From Dehalococcoidia bacterium (lineage in GTDB: Bacteria; Chloroflexota; Dehalococcoidia; DSTF01; JALHUB01): a stretch of 64,000 bases of DNA. Where the stretch lies: assembly GCA_030018455.1 (NCBI GenBank), contig JASEFU010000002.1, positions 269,480 through 333,479 on the forward strand. Reading direction: 5' to 3'. The notes beneath the pieces were generated by a model. That model was not told the origin of the DNA, did not search any database, and worked only from the letters and a program-made list of their open reading frames with translations. Every line of letters starts with the position of its first letter. Within the stretch, counting starts at the first letter, position 1. The position numbers and the translations under genes were made by a program. This document shows, in pieces, positions 50,937 to 58,950 of the stretch.

Positions 50937-51762
50937 CGCCGCGGTCTCTCACGCGGACGGGCGTTCCCACACGCGCCCCAAGCGCCGCTGCCGCGTCCCC
51001 CTGCGTGACCGCGACCTCCAGGTAGCCGCCGCTGCCGATGAGGGCGACAAGTCTTCCCTTCTCAAGGCCGTACGTCGCGCTCAGGCCGTCGATCCTTCTG
51101 CCCGCGATCTCCACGCGCACAGGGCCGCGCGCGAGGTCGCTTCCGCGAACGTCCGTCACCAGGTTGCCGAAGCGGTCGATGTGGACGACCCTGCCCGCAA
51201 GCGCGCCGTCCGCGTCCCTGCTCGCCCTGAACGGCGGCAGGGAGACGAGCGAGCGTATGGGATCGCCCAGTTCCTCCAGCGGGACGCCGAGGGTCAGGCG
51301 GGCGGCAGCGGGCGCGAAGATGTCGCGGCCGTGAAACGTGCGGCTTATCTCTCCCCGTCCTAGCCTCTCGGGTCTGATGGCGACGGCGCGGAATCCCTCA
51401 GGGAGAGCGACCTCCCCCGCTTTGCGCGCATCCTCCGGGAGGGCGACGGCGAGGACACCGTTGTCCGGCCCCACCAAGAAGCCGGCCGGCGACGCGACGA
51501 CCAGCGGCCGCCGCCCGGTGCCCACGCCAGGGTCCACCACCACGATATGCACCGTCCCCTTCGGAAAGTAGGGGATTGCCGCCTCGAGCACGAAGACGGC
51601 TTCCTCGATTTCCTGCGGAGGGATGTCGTGGGTGAGGTCTACGATTGTGGCGGCGGGATTGACGCTGAGGATGACCCCTTTCATCGCCGCCACGTAGGGG
51701 TCGGAGAGGCCGAAGTCGGAGGTGAGGGTGACGATGGGCGGCGCTTCCAACGCGTCCCTCAC
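50926..51762 (-). CDS. SAM hydrolase/halogenase (DUF62) family protein
   Basis: TLTSDFG, VVDPGVGTGRR, GPDNG, SRTFHGRDIFAP and HIDRFGN motifs. Confidence 0.93.
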   Translation of the reverse strand: MRDALEAPPIVTLTSDFGLSDPYVAAMKGVILSVNPAATIVDLTHDIPPQEIEEAVFVLEAAIPYFPKGTVHIVVVDPGVGTGRRPLVVASPAGFLVGPDNGVLAVALPEDARKAGEVALPEGFRAVAIRPERLGRGEISRTFHGRDIFAPAAARLTLGVPLEELGDPIRSLVSLPPFRASRDADGALAGRVVHIDRFGNLVTDVRGSDLARGPVRVEIAGRRIDGLSATYGLEKGRLVALIGSGGYLEVAVTQGDAAAALGARVGTPVRVRDRGVRE

Positions 51763-51765
51763 GTC

Positions 51766-53385
51766 TTAGCGGCCGCTTGCCGGCAGGCCGAGGATGGCCG
51801 AGAAGCGGGAACCGCTATCGAAGAGGACGGGCGCTTCCGCGGGTCGAAACCGGTCGTCCGTGACGTAGGTGTAGGTGTTGTGGAACAGCGGCACACTGGG
51901 CACATTGCGGGCGAATATCTCCTGGAAGACGCGGTACAGGGCGCTACGCCGGGTCGGATCGTCGGTCAGGCGGCCGTCTTCCAGCACCTCGTCCGCCTGC
52001 GCGTCGACGAAGCCGGCGAGGTTGCCCTTCTCGCCGCCGATCTGTGTGCTGTGCCAGGTGGGATAGGGATCGGGGTCGAGGCCGGCGTCAAAGCCGTAGA
52101 TGGCAGCGTTGAAGTTGCGGGGCATTAGGGTCTCCCGAAGGAGGACCGTCGCCTTCTGCGTGCGCACCGTCGCCTTCACGCCCAGTATCGCCCAGGAGCG
52201 CGCCAACTCCTCCGCGATGGCGATACGCGACCGCTCCTCGTTGGTCACGAGGTCGAACTCCATCGCCTGTCCTGCCTTCTCGCGTATCCCGAAGATGTTC
52301 AACTGCCATCCTGCCTCGTCGAGCAGCCTCGACGCCTCGAATACGTCGAAATCGTAGCGCTCGAGCGCCGGATAGTAGGCCCACGTTCCCGCGGGTATCG
52401 GGCTGTCGGCGCGGACGGCCTGTCCGTCCAGAAAGTTGGCGATGATCTTCTCCTTGTCGATAGCCAGGGCCAGGGCCTGCCGGACGCGCTCATCGGCAAA
52501 GAGCGGCGAGCTGTTGTTCAGGTAGAGAATGGTGTAAGTGGTGGAAGTGAGGTCATGCACCTGCCAGCGCTTCTCGTTTTGCAGGTATAACTTGTCTTCG
52601 ATACTTAAGGGCGAGCGGAAGAAGGCGCCGTCGATCTCGCCCTCGCGCAGGGCGAGCAGGAGCCGCGGCTCGTTGAGAAAGAACCGCATCTCAAGGTGCC
52701 CGATTGCCGGCTCGCCGAGATAGTGGCCGGGGACGCTTTCGAGCACTGCCCGCTCTTTCGTCATCTCCAGCAGACGGAAGGGCCCTGTGCCCACCGGTTG
52801 CTGGTTGAAGGGGGCGTTGTAGAGGTCTTCGGCGCTCAGCCCTTTCAGAAGATGTTCCGGCAACAAGCCTATCGACGCGTAGGCGAGAAAGGGCGCGAAC
52901 GGCTGCGCGAGAGTGATATCGACGGTGGAGTCGTCGAGTTTCTCCACGGAGACACTACGAAAGAGATCGGCGAGAAAGGAAGGACCGCGGTACTCCGGGT
53001 CCTGGAGCAACCCGACGGTGAAGACGACGTCGTCGGCGGTGAAAGGGTGGCCGTCGTGCCAGGTGACGCCCCGGCGGAGATGGAAGGTGTACGTCTTATT
53101 GTTGGCGCTGATGTCCCAGCTCTCAGCAAGGCCGGGCAGGACGTCGCCTTTGGGGCCGAGACGGGTGAGGCCGGAGAACACGAGTGAGGCAAGGTCGGTG
53201 TCGACGGCGTTGAGCGGGGCGAAGAGGGGGTTTACGCGGCTGGGCGCGCCCGCCGTGCCCTCGATGTAGACGCCGGCTGCCGCCGGTTCTCTGATGCGGG
53301 GCGGGTGCGAAGCGGTGTACCACAGCCCGCCCAGCGCCGCTACGCTGAAGGCGAGGATTGCAGGAAGAAGCCAGCGGGAACCCAC
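51766..53385 (-). CDS. Family 5 ABC substrate-binding protein
   Basis: VNPL, LAESW, WHDGHPFTADDVVFT, PVGTGPF and DPDPY motifs. Confidence 0.92.
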   Translation of the reverse strand: MGSRWLLPAILAFSVAALGGLWYTASHPPRIREPAAAGVYIEGTAGAPSRVNPLFAPLNAVDTDLASLVFSGLTRLGPKGDVLPGLAESWDISANNKTYTFHLRRGVTWHDGHPFTADDVVFTVGLLQDPEYRGPSFLADLFRSVSVEKLDDSTVDITLAQPFAPFLAYASIGLLPEHLLKGLSAEDLYNAPFNQQPVGTGPFRLLEMTKERAVLESVPGHYLGEPAIGHLEMRFFLNEPRLLLALREGEIDGAFFRSPLSIEDKLYLQNEKRWQVHDLTSTTYTILYLNNSSPLFADERVRQALALAIDKEKIIANFLDGQAVRADSPIPAGTWAYYPALERYDFDVFEASRLLDEAGWQLNIFGIREKAGQAMEFDLVTNEERSRIAIAEELARSWAILGVKATVRTQKATVLLRETLMPRNFNAAIYGFDAGLDPDPYPTWHSTQIGGEKGNLAGFVDAQADEVLEDGRLTDDPTRRSALYRVFQEIFARNVPSVPLFHNTYTYVTDDRFRPAEAPVLFDSGSRFSAILGLPASGR

Positions 53386-53429
53386 ATCACTTGCCTTGGT
53401 GAGGCGCTGGAAGCGTCAGGGCTCGTACT

Positions 53430-53651
53430 TCAAGAGGCGGTAACGCTCCACATGGAGATGAGGATGAAGACGGCCGCGAGAACGATGGTCAATTGAAAAA
53501 GCGTCTTTTCGACGCCGCGGCGCGTCCGGAAGACCGACTGCGTCCCCAACTCTCCAAAGCCGGAACCGCGCACCTGCAGCAGGATCACCACGATGAGGAC
53601 GGCAGAGATGATGATCTGAATAACGTTGAGATAAGTGATGCCTATGTTCAT
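53430..53651 (-). CDS. secG: Preprotein translocase subunit SecG
   Basis: Two TM helices; ILLQVRGSG...RRGVEKTL motif. Confidence 0.92.
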   Translation of the reverse strand: MNIGITYLNVIQIIISAVLIVVILLQVRGSGFGELGTQSVFRTRRGVEKTLFQLTIVLAAVFILISMWSVTAS

Positions 53652-53677
53652 GCTTTGTTCATTCTAACCGAAACCGG

Positions 53678-55000
53678 TCACGCAGTCACGCCCTCTGTCG
53701 CCGCTTCCGATATCATCTGCTCGATCTGGTGTCGCTCGTAGTAGAGGTGCACCAGCGCGTCCGCCAGCTTCTTCGGATCGTGGTGGTAGCGGTTGTCCTC
53801 GCTCACCACGTCGGCGGTGACGATGCGTACACCGTTGATGAGCGCACTGTCCGAAACGACGGGCTGCGAATGCGCTCCTTCCGGCAGGCGGCCCTTCACG
53901 TTGCTGTTGGCGAGCACGTAGTGGAAGAGGTCGCCGCCGATATGGCGCTCGAGTATCCGGTAGTGGTCGCCCACTGTAAACCCGTCGGTCTCGCCGTGCT
54001 GTGTGGCCACGTTGCAGACGTACACTTTCAGCGCCGGCGACACCTGGATGGCGCGCCGCACTCCCTCGACGAGGAGGTTGGGGAGCACGCTGGTGAAGAG
54101 ACTGCCCGGCCCCACGACCACGAGGTCGGCGTTGAGCACGGCCCTGACCGCCTCCGGGTTGGCCTCGGCGTTCCCAGGCTGCAGGAACACTTCGCGGATG
54201 CGGCTGGGGCTGTCGGTGATGTTCGACTCGCCGTGGATCTCTTCTTCGTCCTCTGTGTGGGCGCAGAGCGTGACGTTGGCGAGCGTGGAGGGCAGGATCT
54301 GGCCGCGGACAGCGAGGACGCGGCTGGTCTCGCGCACCGCCTCTTCGAAGTTGCCGATCACGCCGGACATGGCGACGATGAACAGGTTGCCGAAGCTGTG
54401 CCCCTCGAGCCCTGAGCCGTCGCGGAAGCGGTACTGGAAGAGACGCGTCATGAGCGGCTCGGCGTCGGCGAGGGCAGCGATGCAGTTGCGGACGTCGCCC
54501 GGCGGGAGAATGCCCAGCTCGCGGCGCAGGCGGCCGGAGCTGCCGCCGTCGTCGGCGACAGTGACTATCGCCGTGAGGTTGCCCGTGTACTCCTTGAGGC
54601 CGCGCAGCAGCGTCGAGAGGCCGGTCCCGCCGCCGATGGCGACGATCTTCGGGCCGCGGTTAAGGTAGCGGTAGTTGTAGAGGATGTTCACCAGACTTTC
54701 GTCGCGCCCCGGCCGTACAAAGGCGGAGAGGAGGGACCGGTTCAATTTCCAGATGGAGAGAAGGATGATGCCGACGCTTCCGCAGATGAACATGGCTCCT
54801 CTGAGCCAGCGGGGCAGGAACTGGAGGGTGATGTAATAGACGAAATCGGGGAAGGTATAGGAGACGTAGGCCTCGCGCAGCAGGTACGAGAAACCGAGGC
54901 CCATTATCGCCACGCCCACGAGCAGCAGCAGCAGCCACCGCTTTATGTGCATGCCGAAGTAGAACCACTTTATAAAGTTGCTCTGCCGGAGGGCCCGCAT
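53678..55000 (-). CDS. YvcK/GlmR-family protein with N-terminal TM helices
   Basis: IGGGTGLS, VADDGGSSGRLR, PPGDVRN, GHSFGNL and GPGSLFTS motifs. Start ATG 55000. Confidence 0.93.
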   Translation of the reverse strand: MRALRQSNFIKWFYFGMHIKRWLLLLLVGVAIMGLGFSYLLREAYVSYTFPDFVYYITLQFLPRWLRGAMFICGSVGIILLSIWKLNRSLLSAFVRPGRDESLVNILYNYRYLNRGPKIVAIGGGTGLSTLLRGLKEYTGNLTAIVTVADDGGSSGRLRRELGILPPGDVRNCIAALADAEPLMTRLFQYRFRDGSGLEGHSFGNLFIVAMSGVIGNFEEAVRETSRVLAVRGQILPSTLANVTLCAHTEDEEEIHGESNITDSPSRIREVFLQPGNAEANPEAVRAVLNADLVVVGPGSLFTSVLPNLLVEGVRRAIQVSPALKVYVCNVATQHGETDGFTVGDHYRILERHIGGDLFHYVLANSNVKGRLPEGAHSQPVVSDSALINGVRIVTADVVSEDNRYHHDPKKLADALVHLYYERHQIEQMISEAATEGVTA

Positions 55001-55041
55001 TTCCCGTATTATGCTAAACAAGAGAGGGAGGGGCAAACTTC

Positions 55042-56532
55042 CTACGCCTGCCCCAGGCGTTCTCTCAGCAGGCTGTTCACCAGATCAGCGTTCGCGCGAC
55101 CCTTCGTCTCCCTCATGACCTGCCCGACAAGGAAGCGGACCGCTTCCGTCTTCCCCGACCGGTAGTCCTGGACAGCTTTCGGATTGGCCTCCAGTATTCT
55201 GTCCACTATAGTCGAGATTTCGTCGGCGCCGCTGATCTGTGTGAGGCCCAGCTCTTCCACCAGCACGCGCGGGCTCTTGCCCGTCTCAAACATCTTCTCA
55301 AAGACGGTCTTGGCGCTCCTTCCGCTAATGGTGCCGTCTTCGACCAGGGTAATCATATCATAAAGGTCTTGCGGTTCAATCTTGGACTGATCGATTTCGA
55401 TTCCAAGAGAATTGAGCAGGTGCATGAAATCGCCGAGTATCCAGTTGGTCAGCGACTTTGCGCGTCGTCGCAGCGTTTCCGGCGGAGCGTCCTTGAGTGG
55501 CGCCAGCGCCGCGTCCAGATAATCGGCGCGCGGCCGCGTTTCCGTCAGCAGGCCCGCTTCGTACTCGGTGAGGCCATACTGCTGCATGAAGCGCTGCTTG
55601 CGGGCGTCGGGCAGCTCCGGCAGGCGGGTGCGGATTGCCTCGACATAATCGCGATCGAGCCGCAGCGGTGGTAAATCGGGCTCAGGGAAGTAGCGGTAGT
55701 CGTGGGCGTACTCCTTGGTGCGCTGCGGCACCGTCTTCCCCTGCTCCTCCAGCCAGCCGCGCGTCTCCTGGGGCAGGCGCCGGCCCCTCTGGAGAAGCTC
55801 GCGTTGCCTCTCCACCTCGAAGCTGAGGGCGCGGAAGACGGCGCGAAAGCTGTTCATGTTCTTGACTTCGACCTTGGCGCCGAGCTCGGTCTCCCCCACG
55901 GGACGGAGGCTGATGTTGGCGTCGCATCGGAAGCTGCCCTCTTCCATGTTGGCGGTGCTCACGCCGATGTAGCGCAGGATCTGTCGCAGCTTCACCAGAT
56001 ACTGCCGCGCCTCTTCCGGGGAGCGCATGTCCGGCTCGGAGACGATCTCCATCAGGGGCACGCCGGCGCGGTTAACGTCGATGAGGCTGTAGGTCTCGCC
56101 CGCTTCGTTCTGGCGGTGCAGCAGCTTCGCCACGTCCTCTTCGAGGTGGACGCGGGTGATCCCGATGCGCTTGCGGCCGCCGTCGAGGTCGATTTCGAGC
56201 CAGCCGTTGCGAGAGAGGGGCATATCGTACTGGGAGATCTGGTACCCCTTCATGAGATCGGGGTAGGGGTAGTTCTTTCGGTCGAACTTGGAGTACTCGG
56301 GGATTTCGCAGTTGAGGGCGAGGGCGGTCATGATGGTGTACTCGACCGCCTGCTGGTTGATGACGGGCAGGACGCCCGGCATGCCGAGGCAGATGGGGCA
56401 GACGTGCGTATTGGGGGGTGAGTCGGCGTAGTCGGCGCTGCAGCGGCAGTACATTTTGCTTCGTGTGGAGAGTTGTACGTGCACCTCCAGCCCGATCACC
56501 GTCTCGTACTCAACCTGCGTTTTGGTCGTCAC
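55042..56532 (-). CDS. gatB: Asp/Glu-tRNA amidotransferase subunit B
   Basis: YETVIGLEVHVQL, FDRKNYPYPDL, HLEED, EVKNMNS and DYRYFPEPDL motifs. Start trimmed to GTG 56532. Confidence 0.97.
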   Translation of the reverse strand: MTTKTQVEYETVIGLEVHVQLSTRSKMYCRCSADYADSPPNTHVCPICLGMPGVLPVINQQAVEYTIMTALALNCEIPEYSKFDRKNYPYPDLMKGYQISQYDMPLSRNGWLEIDLDGGRKRIGITRVHLEEDVAKLLHRQNEAGETYSLIDVNRAGVPLMEIVSEPDMRSPEEARQYLVKLRQILRYIGVSTANMEEGSFRCDANISLRPVGETELGAKVEVKNMNSFRAVFRALSFEVERQRELLQRGRRLPQETRGWLEEQGKTVPQRTKEYAHDYRYFPEPDLPPLRLDRDYVEAIRTRLPELPDARKQRFMQQYGLTEYEAGLLTETRPRADYLDAALAPLKDAPPETLRRRAKSLTNWILGDFMHLLNSLGIEIDQSKIEPQDLYDMITLVEDGTISGRSAKTVFEKMFETGKSPRVLVEELGLTQISGADEISTIVDRILEANPKAVQDYRSGKTEAVRFLVGQVMRETKGRANADLVNSLLRERLGQA

Positions 56533-56584
56533 TGTCGTTAGCTGCCTTTCGTCCCCGGCGTCAGGTAGTGTGATACCGGCGCAC

Positions 56585-56710
56585 TGGTGCCGGGGGTGGG
56601 AATCGAACCCACCCGCCTGCCGGCAGGCAGGCAAGCCGCGAGGCCAGCGGATTCTAAGTCCGCCGCGCCCGCCTGCCTGCATCCAGGTCTGCGAATTCCG
56701 CCATCCCGGT
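56585..56710 (-). pseudogene. tRNA-Leu-like copy (anticodon TAG) with two 20-bp insertions
   Basis: T arm and CCA identical to tRNA-Leu(TAA); anticodon loop CTTAGAA; inserts at 56612-56631 and 56668-56687; two A-C mismatches in the acceptor stem. Confidence 0.85.
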
Positions 56711-56724
56711 TCGCTTGTGCCTTT

Positions 56725-56859
56725 CTAAGAAAAAACCTTCCGGCTCGGCGGTTTGTGGTGAACGCGAGAGCCCGTCTCCAAACGCTCACGTCCCCAGCCG
56801 GTGAGGCCGACATAGAGTCCACCGTCGCGCAGGCTCCTGAGCACGTACACGTAAAACAT
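56725..56859 (-). pseudogene. Degenerate GIY-YIG nuclease ORF (44 aa)
   Basis: MFYVYVLRSLRDGGLYVGLT matches the GIY-YIG N-terminal signature; the rest has decayed. Confidence 0.75.
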
Positions 56860-56882
56860 GTTGCCTGCGTTCTCAGCACGAT

Positions 56883-57008
56883 TGGTGCCGGGGGTGGGAA
56901 TCGAACCCACCCGCCTGCCGGCAGGCAGGCAAGCCGCGAGGCCAGCGGATTCTAAGTCCGCCGCGCCCGCCTGCCTGCATCCAGGTCTGCGAATTCCGCC
57001 ATCCCGGT
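56883..57008 (-). pseudogene. tRNA-Leu-like copy (anticodon TAG) with two 20-bp insertions
   Basis: Identical to 56585-56710; inserts at 56910-56929 and 56966-56985. Confidence 0.85.
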
Positions 57009-57022
57009 TCGCTTGTGCCTTT

Positions 57023-57157
57023 CTAAGAAAAAACCTTCCGGCTCGGCGGTTTGTGGTGAACGCGAGAGCCCGTCTCCAAACGCTCACGTCCCCAGCCGGT
57101 GAGGCCGACATAGAGTCCACCGTCGCGCAGGCTCCTGAGCACGTACACGTAAAACAT
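57023..57157 (-). pseudogene. Degenerate GIY-YIG nuclease ORF (44 aa)
   Basis: Same as 56725-56859; ATG lies 23 nt downstream of the tRNA-Leu CCA end. Confidence 0.75.
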
Positions 57158-57180
57158 GTTGCCTGCGTTCTCAGCACGAT

Positions 57181-57267
57181 TGGTGCCGGGGGTGGGAATC
57201 GAACCCACAAGGCCGCGAGGCCAGCGGATTTTAAGTCCGCCGCGTTTACCGGTTTCGCCACCCCGGC
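57181..57267 (-). tRNA. tRNA-Leu(TAA)
   Basis: GCCGGGG acceptor stem, anticodon arm GCGGA-CTTAAAA-TCCGC, long variable arm, GGTTCGATTCC, encoded CCA. Confidence 0.96.
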
Positions 57268-57332
57268 ACAGATTCCGATTAGATGGGAAAGGCCCAGACC
57301 GCGTCGGCGGTGCTGAGCCATCATCTCGGTTT

Positions 57333-57406
<74 letters not shown>

Positions 57407-57424
57407 GCACGTCTTCCTTTGCGC

Positions 57425-57509
57425 TGGTGCCGAGGAGGGGATTTGAACCCCTACGCCCGAAGGCACGGCCCCCTCAAGACCGCGTGTCTGCCTATTCCAC
57501 CACCTCGGC
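57425..57509 (-). tRNA. tRNA-Leu(GAG)
   Basis: GCCGAGG acceptor stem, anticodon loop TTGAGGG, variable arm, GGTTCAAATCC, ACCA end. Confidence 0.95.
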
Positions 57510-57529
57510 CGCCGCTATTCCTGGATTGT

Positions 57530-57606
57530 TGGCAGGAGTGGAGGGATTCGAACCCCCGACCGGCGGTTTTGGAGACCGCTGCTCTGCCAGACTGAGCTAC
57601 ACTCCT
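57530..57606 (-). tRNA. tRNA-Trp(CCA)
   Basis: AGGAGTG acceptor stem, GCGGT-CTCCAAA-ACCGC, GGTTCGAATCC, GCCA end. Confidence 0.96.
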
Positions 57607-57618
57607 ACCCCGGATCGC

Positions 57619-57647
57619 AGTATAGCAAGCGCTCCCAGGCGCGTCAA
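57619..57647 (-). promoter_or_regulatory. tRNA operon sigma-70 promoter
   Basis: Minus strand TTGACG-17 nt-TATACT with TGn extension, 12 nt before tRNA-Trp. Confidence 0.85.
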
Positions 57648-57673
57648 GGCGATATGGCGTGTGCGCGTGTCTG

Positions 57674-58777
57674 CTACCCGCTTGCCGCCGCCTCGACAAT
57701 CGGTCGCAGGAAATCGGCGTCGCTCCAGCCTTCGTCGTCGCCCTCGCCCAGCCGCACGGCGACGATGTCCAGGCTTGGGATCACGTAAATGCGCTTCGTC
57801 TGGAAGCCCATCGCCATAAACGCGTCCTCAGGCACTCCCGGGAAGTCCCACAGCCACCAGTACAGGCCGTAGTTCGGGTTCTCCATTTGCGACGGCCGGA
57901 CCGACGCCTCCACCCAGCTCTCCGGCACGACCTGCTCGTCCCCCCACTTGCCGTCGCGCAGGAACAGGTACCCGAAGCGCGCGAAGTCCCTCGCCGTGGC
58001 GAAGACGCAGCAAAACGTTAACGGCTGGCCGAGCGTGTCGGTCTTCCAGTCGGCGCTCTCGATGCCGATGGGCCCGAAAAGCGCCTCCTCAGCGTACGCG
58101 GCGGCGTTCATGCCCGTGGCCGCTTCCAGAATGCGCGCCCAGCTCTGGGCGTCGCCGTCGGAGTAGTACCAGTCGGAGCCGGGCTCGCGGTAGAGCGGAC
58201 GGCTGATGGCGTAGCCCGCGGCGTCGTCACTGCGCAGCATGTTGATCGTGTCGCCGGTTGGCGGGTCGTATATCATGCTCCAGGAGAGGCCGGAGGACAT
58301 CGACAGCAGGTGCCCCAGGGTAATCTTCTCCCTATCCGTTCCCCGCCACTCGGGGATGAAGTCGACGGCGGGCTGGCCCAGCCCTTCGATCTTCCCTTCG
58401 GCGATGGCGATGCCCACAAGCGCGCTGGTGATGCTCTTGGCCATCGACCAGCTATTGTCGGTGGAGTCCTTGTCCCAGCCGTCCCAATAACGCTCCCACA
58501 CGATGCGCCCGTGCCGGACGATTACGACGGCGCGGCAGCCGTGCTCGTCGCAGTAGTCGGCCACCCCGTCCAGCCTGTCGCCGTCCATGCCCTCCGTCTC
58601 CGGCTCCGAAGTCTCCCAGTCGTCGGCGGGCCACGTGATCGAGTACGCGGGCGTAGTGGCGGTAGCGGCGGCCGGCGCCGTCGACTCGTCCTCGTTGTCG
58701 CTGCAGGCTGCGAACAAGATAAGTGCAAGGACGGGGAGAAACAGCAGGGCCAGTCGGGACGCTTTCGGCCGTATCAT
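57674..58777 (-). CDS. Serine hydrolase/beta-lactamase-family lipoprotein
   Basis: Lipobox FAAC, SMAK (SxxK), LLSMSSGL, WYYS and ARDFARFG motifs. Confidence 0.9.
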   Translation of the reverse strand: MIRPKASRLALLFLPVLALILFAACSDNEDESTAPAAATATTPAYSITWPADDWETSEPETEGMDGDRLDGVADYCDEHGCRAVVIVRHGRIVWERYWDGWDKDSTDNSWSMAKSITSALVGIAIAEGKIEGLGQPAVDFIPEWRGTDREKITLGHLLSMSSGLSWSMIYDPPTGDTINMLRSDDAAGYAISRPLYREPGSDWYYSDGDAQSWARILEAATGMNAAAYAEEALFGPIGIESADWKTDTLGQPLTFCCVFATARDFARFGYLFLRDGKWGDEQVVPESWVEASVRPSQMENPNYGLYWWLWDFPGVPEDAFMAMGFQTKRIYVIPSLDIVAVRLGEGDDEGWSDADFLRPIVEAAASG

Positions 58778-58877
58778 CGATATCCTCCTCAGGAAGCCCG
58801 GCGCGGGACGGGGGGCGAGACTTGCCGTCTGGGAGGAGCATAGGCGCGTGTGGGCGACGGGTCAAGACGAAGAAAGG

Positions 58878-58913
58878 GGCGCAAGCAGGGCCCGTGAAAG
58901 GATGCTTGCGCCC
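58878..58913 (-). terminator. Terminator-like hairpin downstream of the acidic protein gene
   Basis: GGCGCAAGCA...TGCTTGCGCC stem; T-rich tail on the minus strand. Confidence 0.6.
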
Positions 58914-58950
58914 AAACGCTTGCAGGAAGACCGCCTGCGCCGGCTGAGGG

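Larger units (their letters stand above)
56585..57180 (-). repeat. Two identical 298-bp tandem units (GIY-YIG remnant plus interrupted tRNA-Leu-like copy)
   Basis: 56585-56882 and 56883-57180 match base for base by eye; the first 28 bp recur a third time at 57181 as the 3' end of the intact tRNA-Leu. Confidence 0.95.

Noticed and set aside
50926-51762. Fluorinase/chlorinase (halogenation) call
   Set aside because: The motifs and housekeeping context fit the widespread DUF62 SAM hydrolase, and there is no biosynthetic cluster.
51772-51789. CTTGCCGGCAGG resembling the 20-bp palindrome core
   Set aside because: Only about 12 bp match, which is plausible by chance in GC-rich DNA; an insertion cannot be shown without orthologues.
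56533-56682. N-terminal extension of GatB (MQAGGRGG...PACRQAG) in the ORF track
   Set aside because: It is read-through of the tRNA-like copy and palindrome; GatB homology starts near GTG 56532.
56585-57208. CRISPR array interpretation of the three 28-bp repeats
   Set aside because: The repeat is a tRNA T-arm/CCA end, the two 270-bp intervals are identical, and no cas genes are present.
56538-57324. Several 60-200 aa ORFs over the tRNA array
   Set aside because: They are translations of tRNA and repeat DNA; only the MFYVYVL segment looks protein-like.
57674-58777. Antibiotic-resistance beta-lactamase
   Set aside because: It is a generic SxxK serine hydrolase without class-defining resistance motifs or a mobile context.
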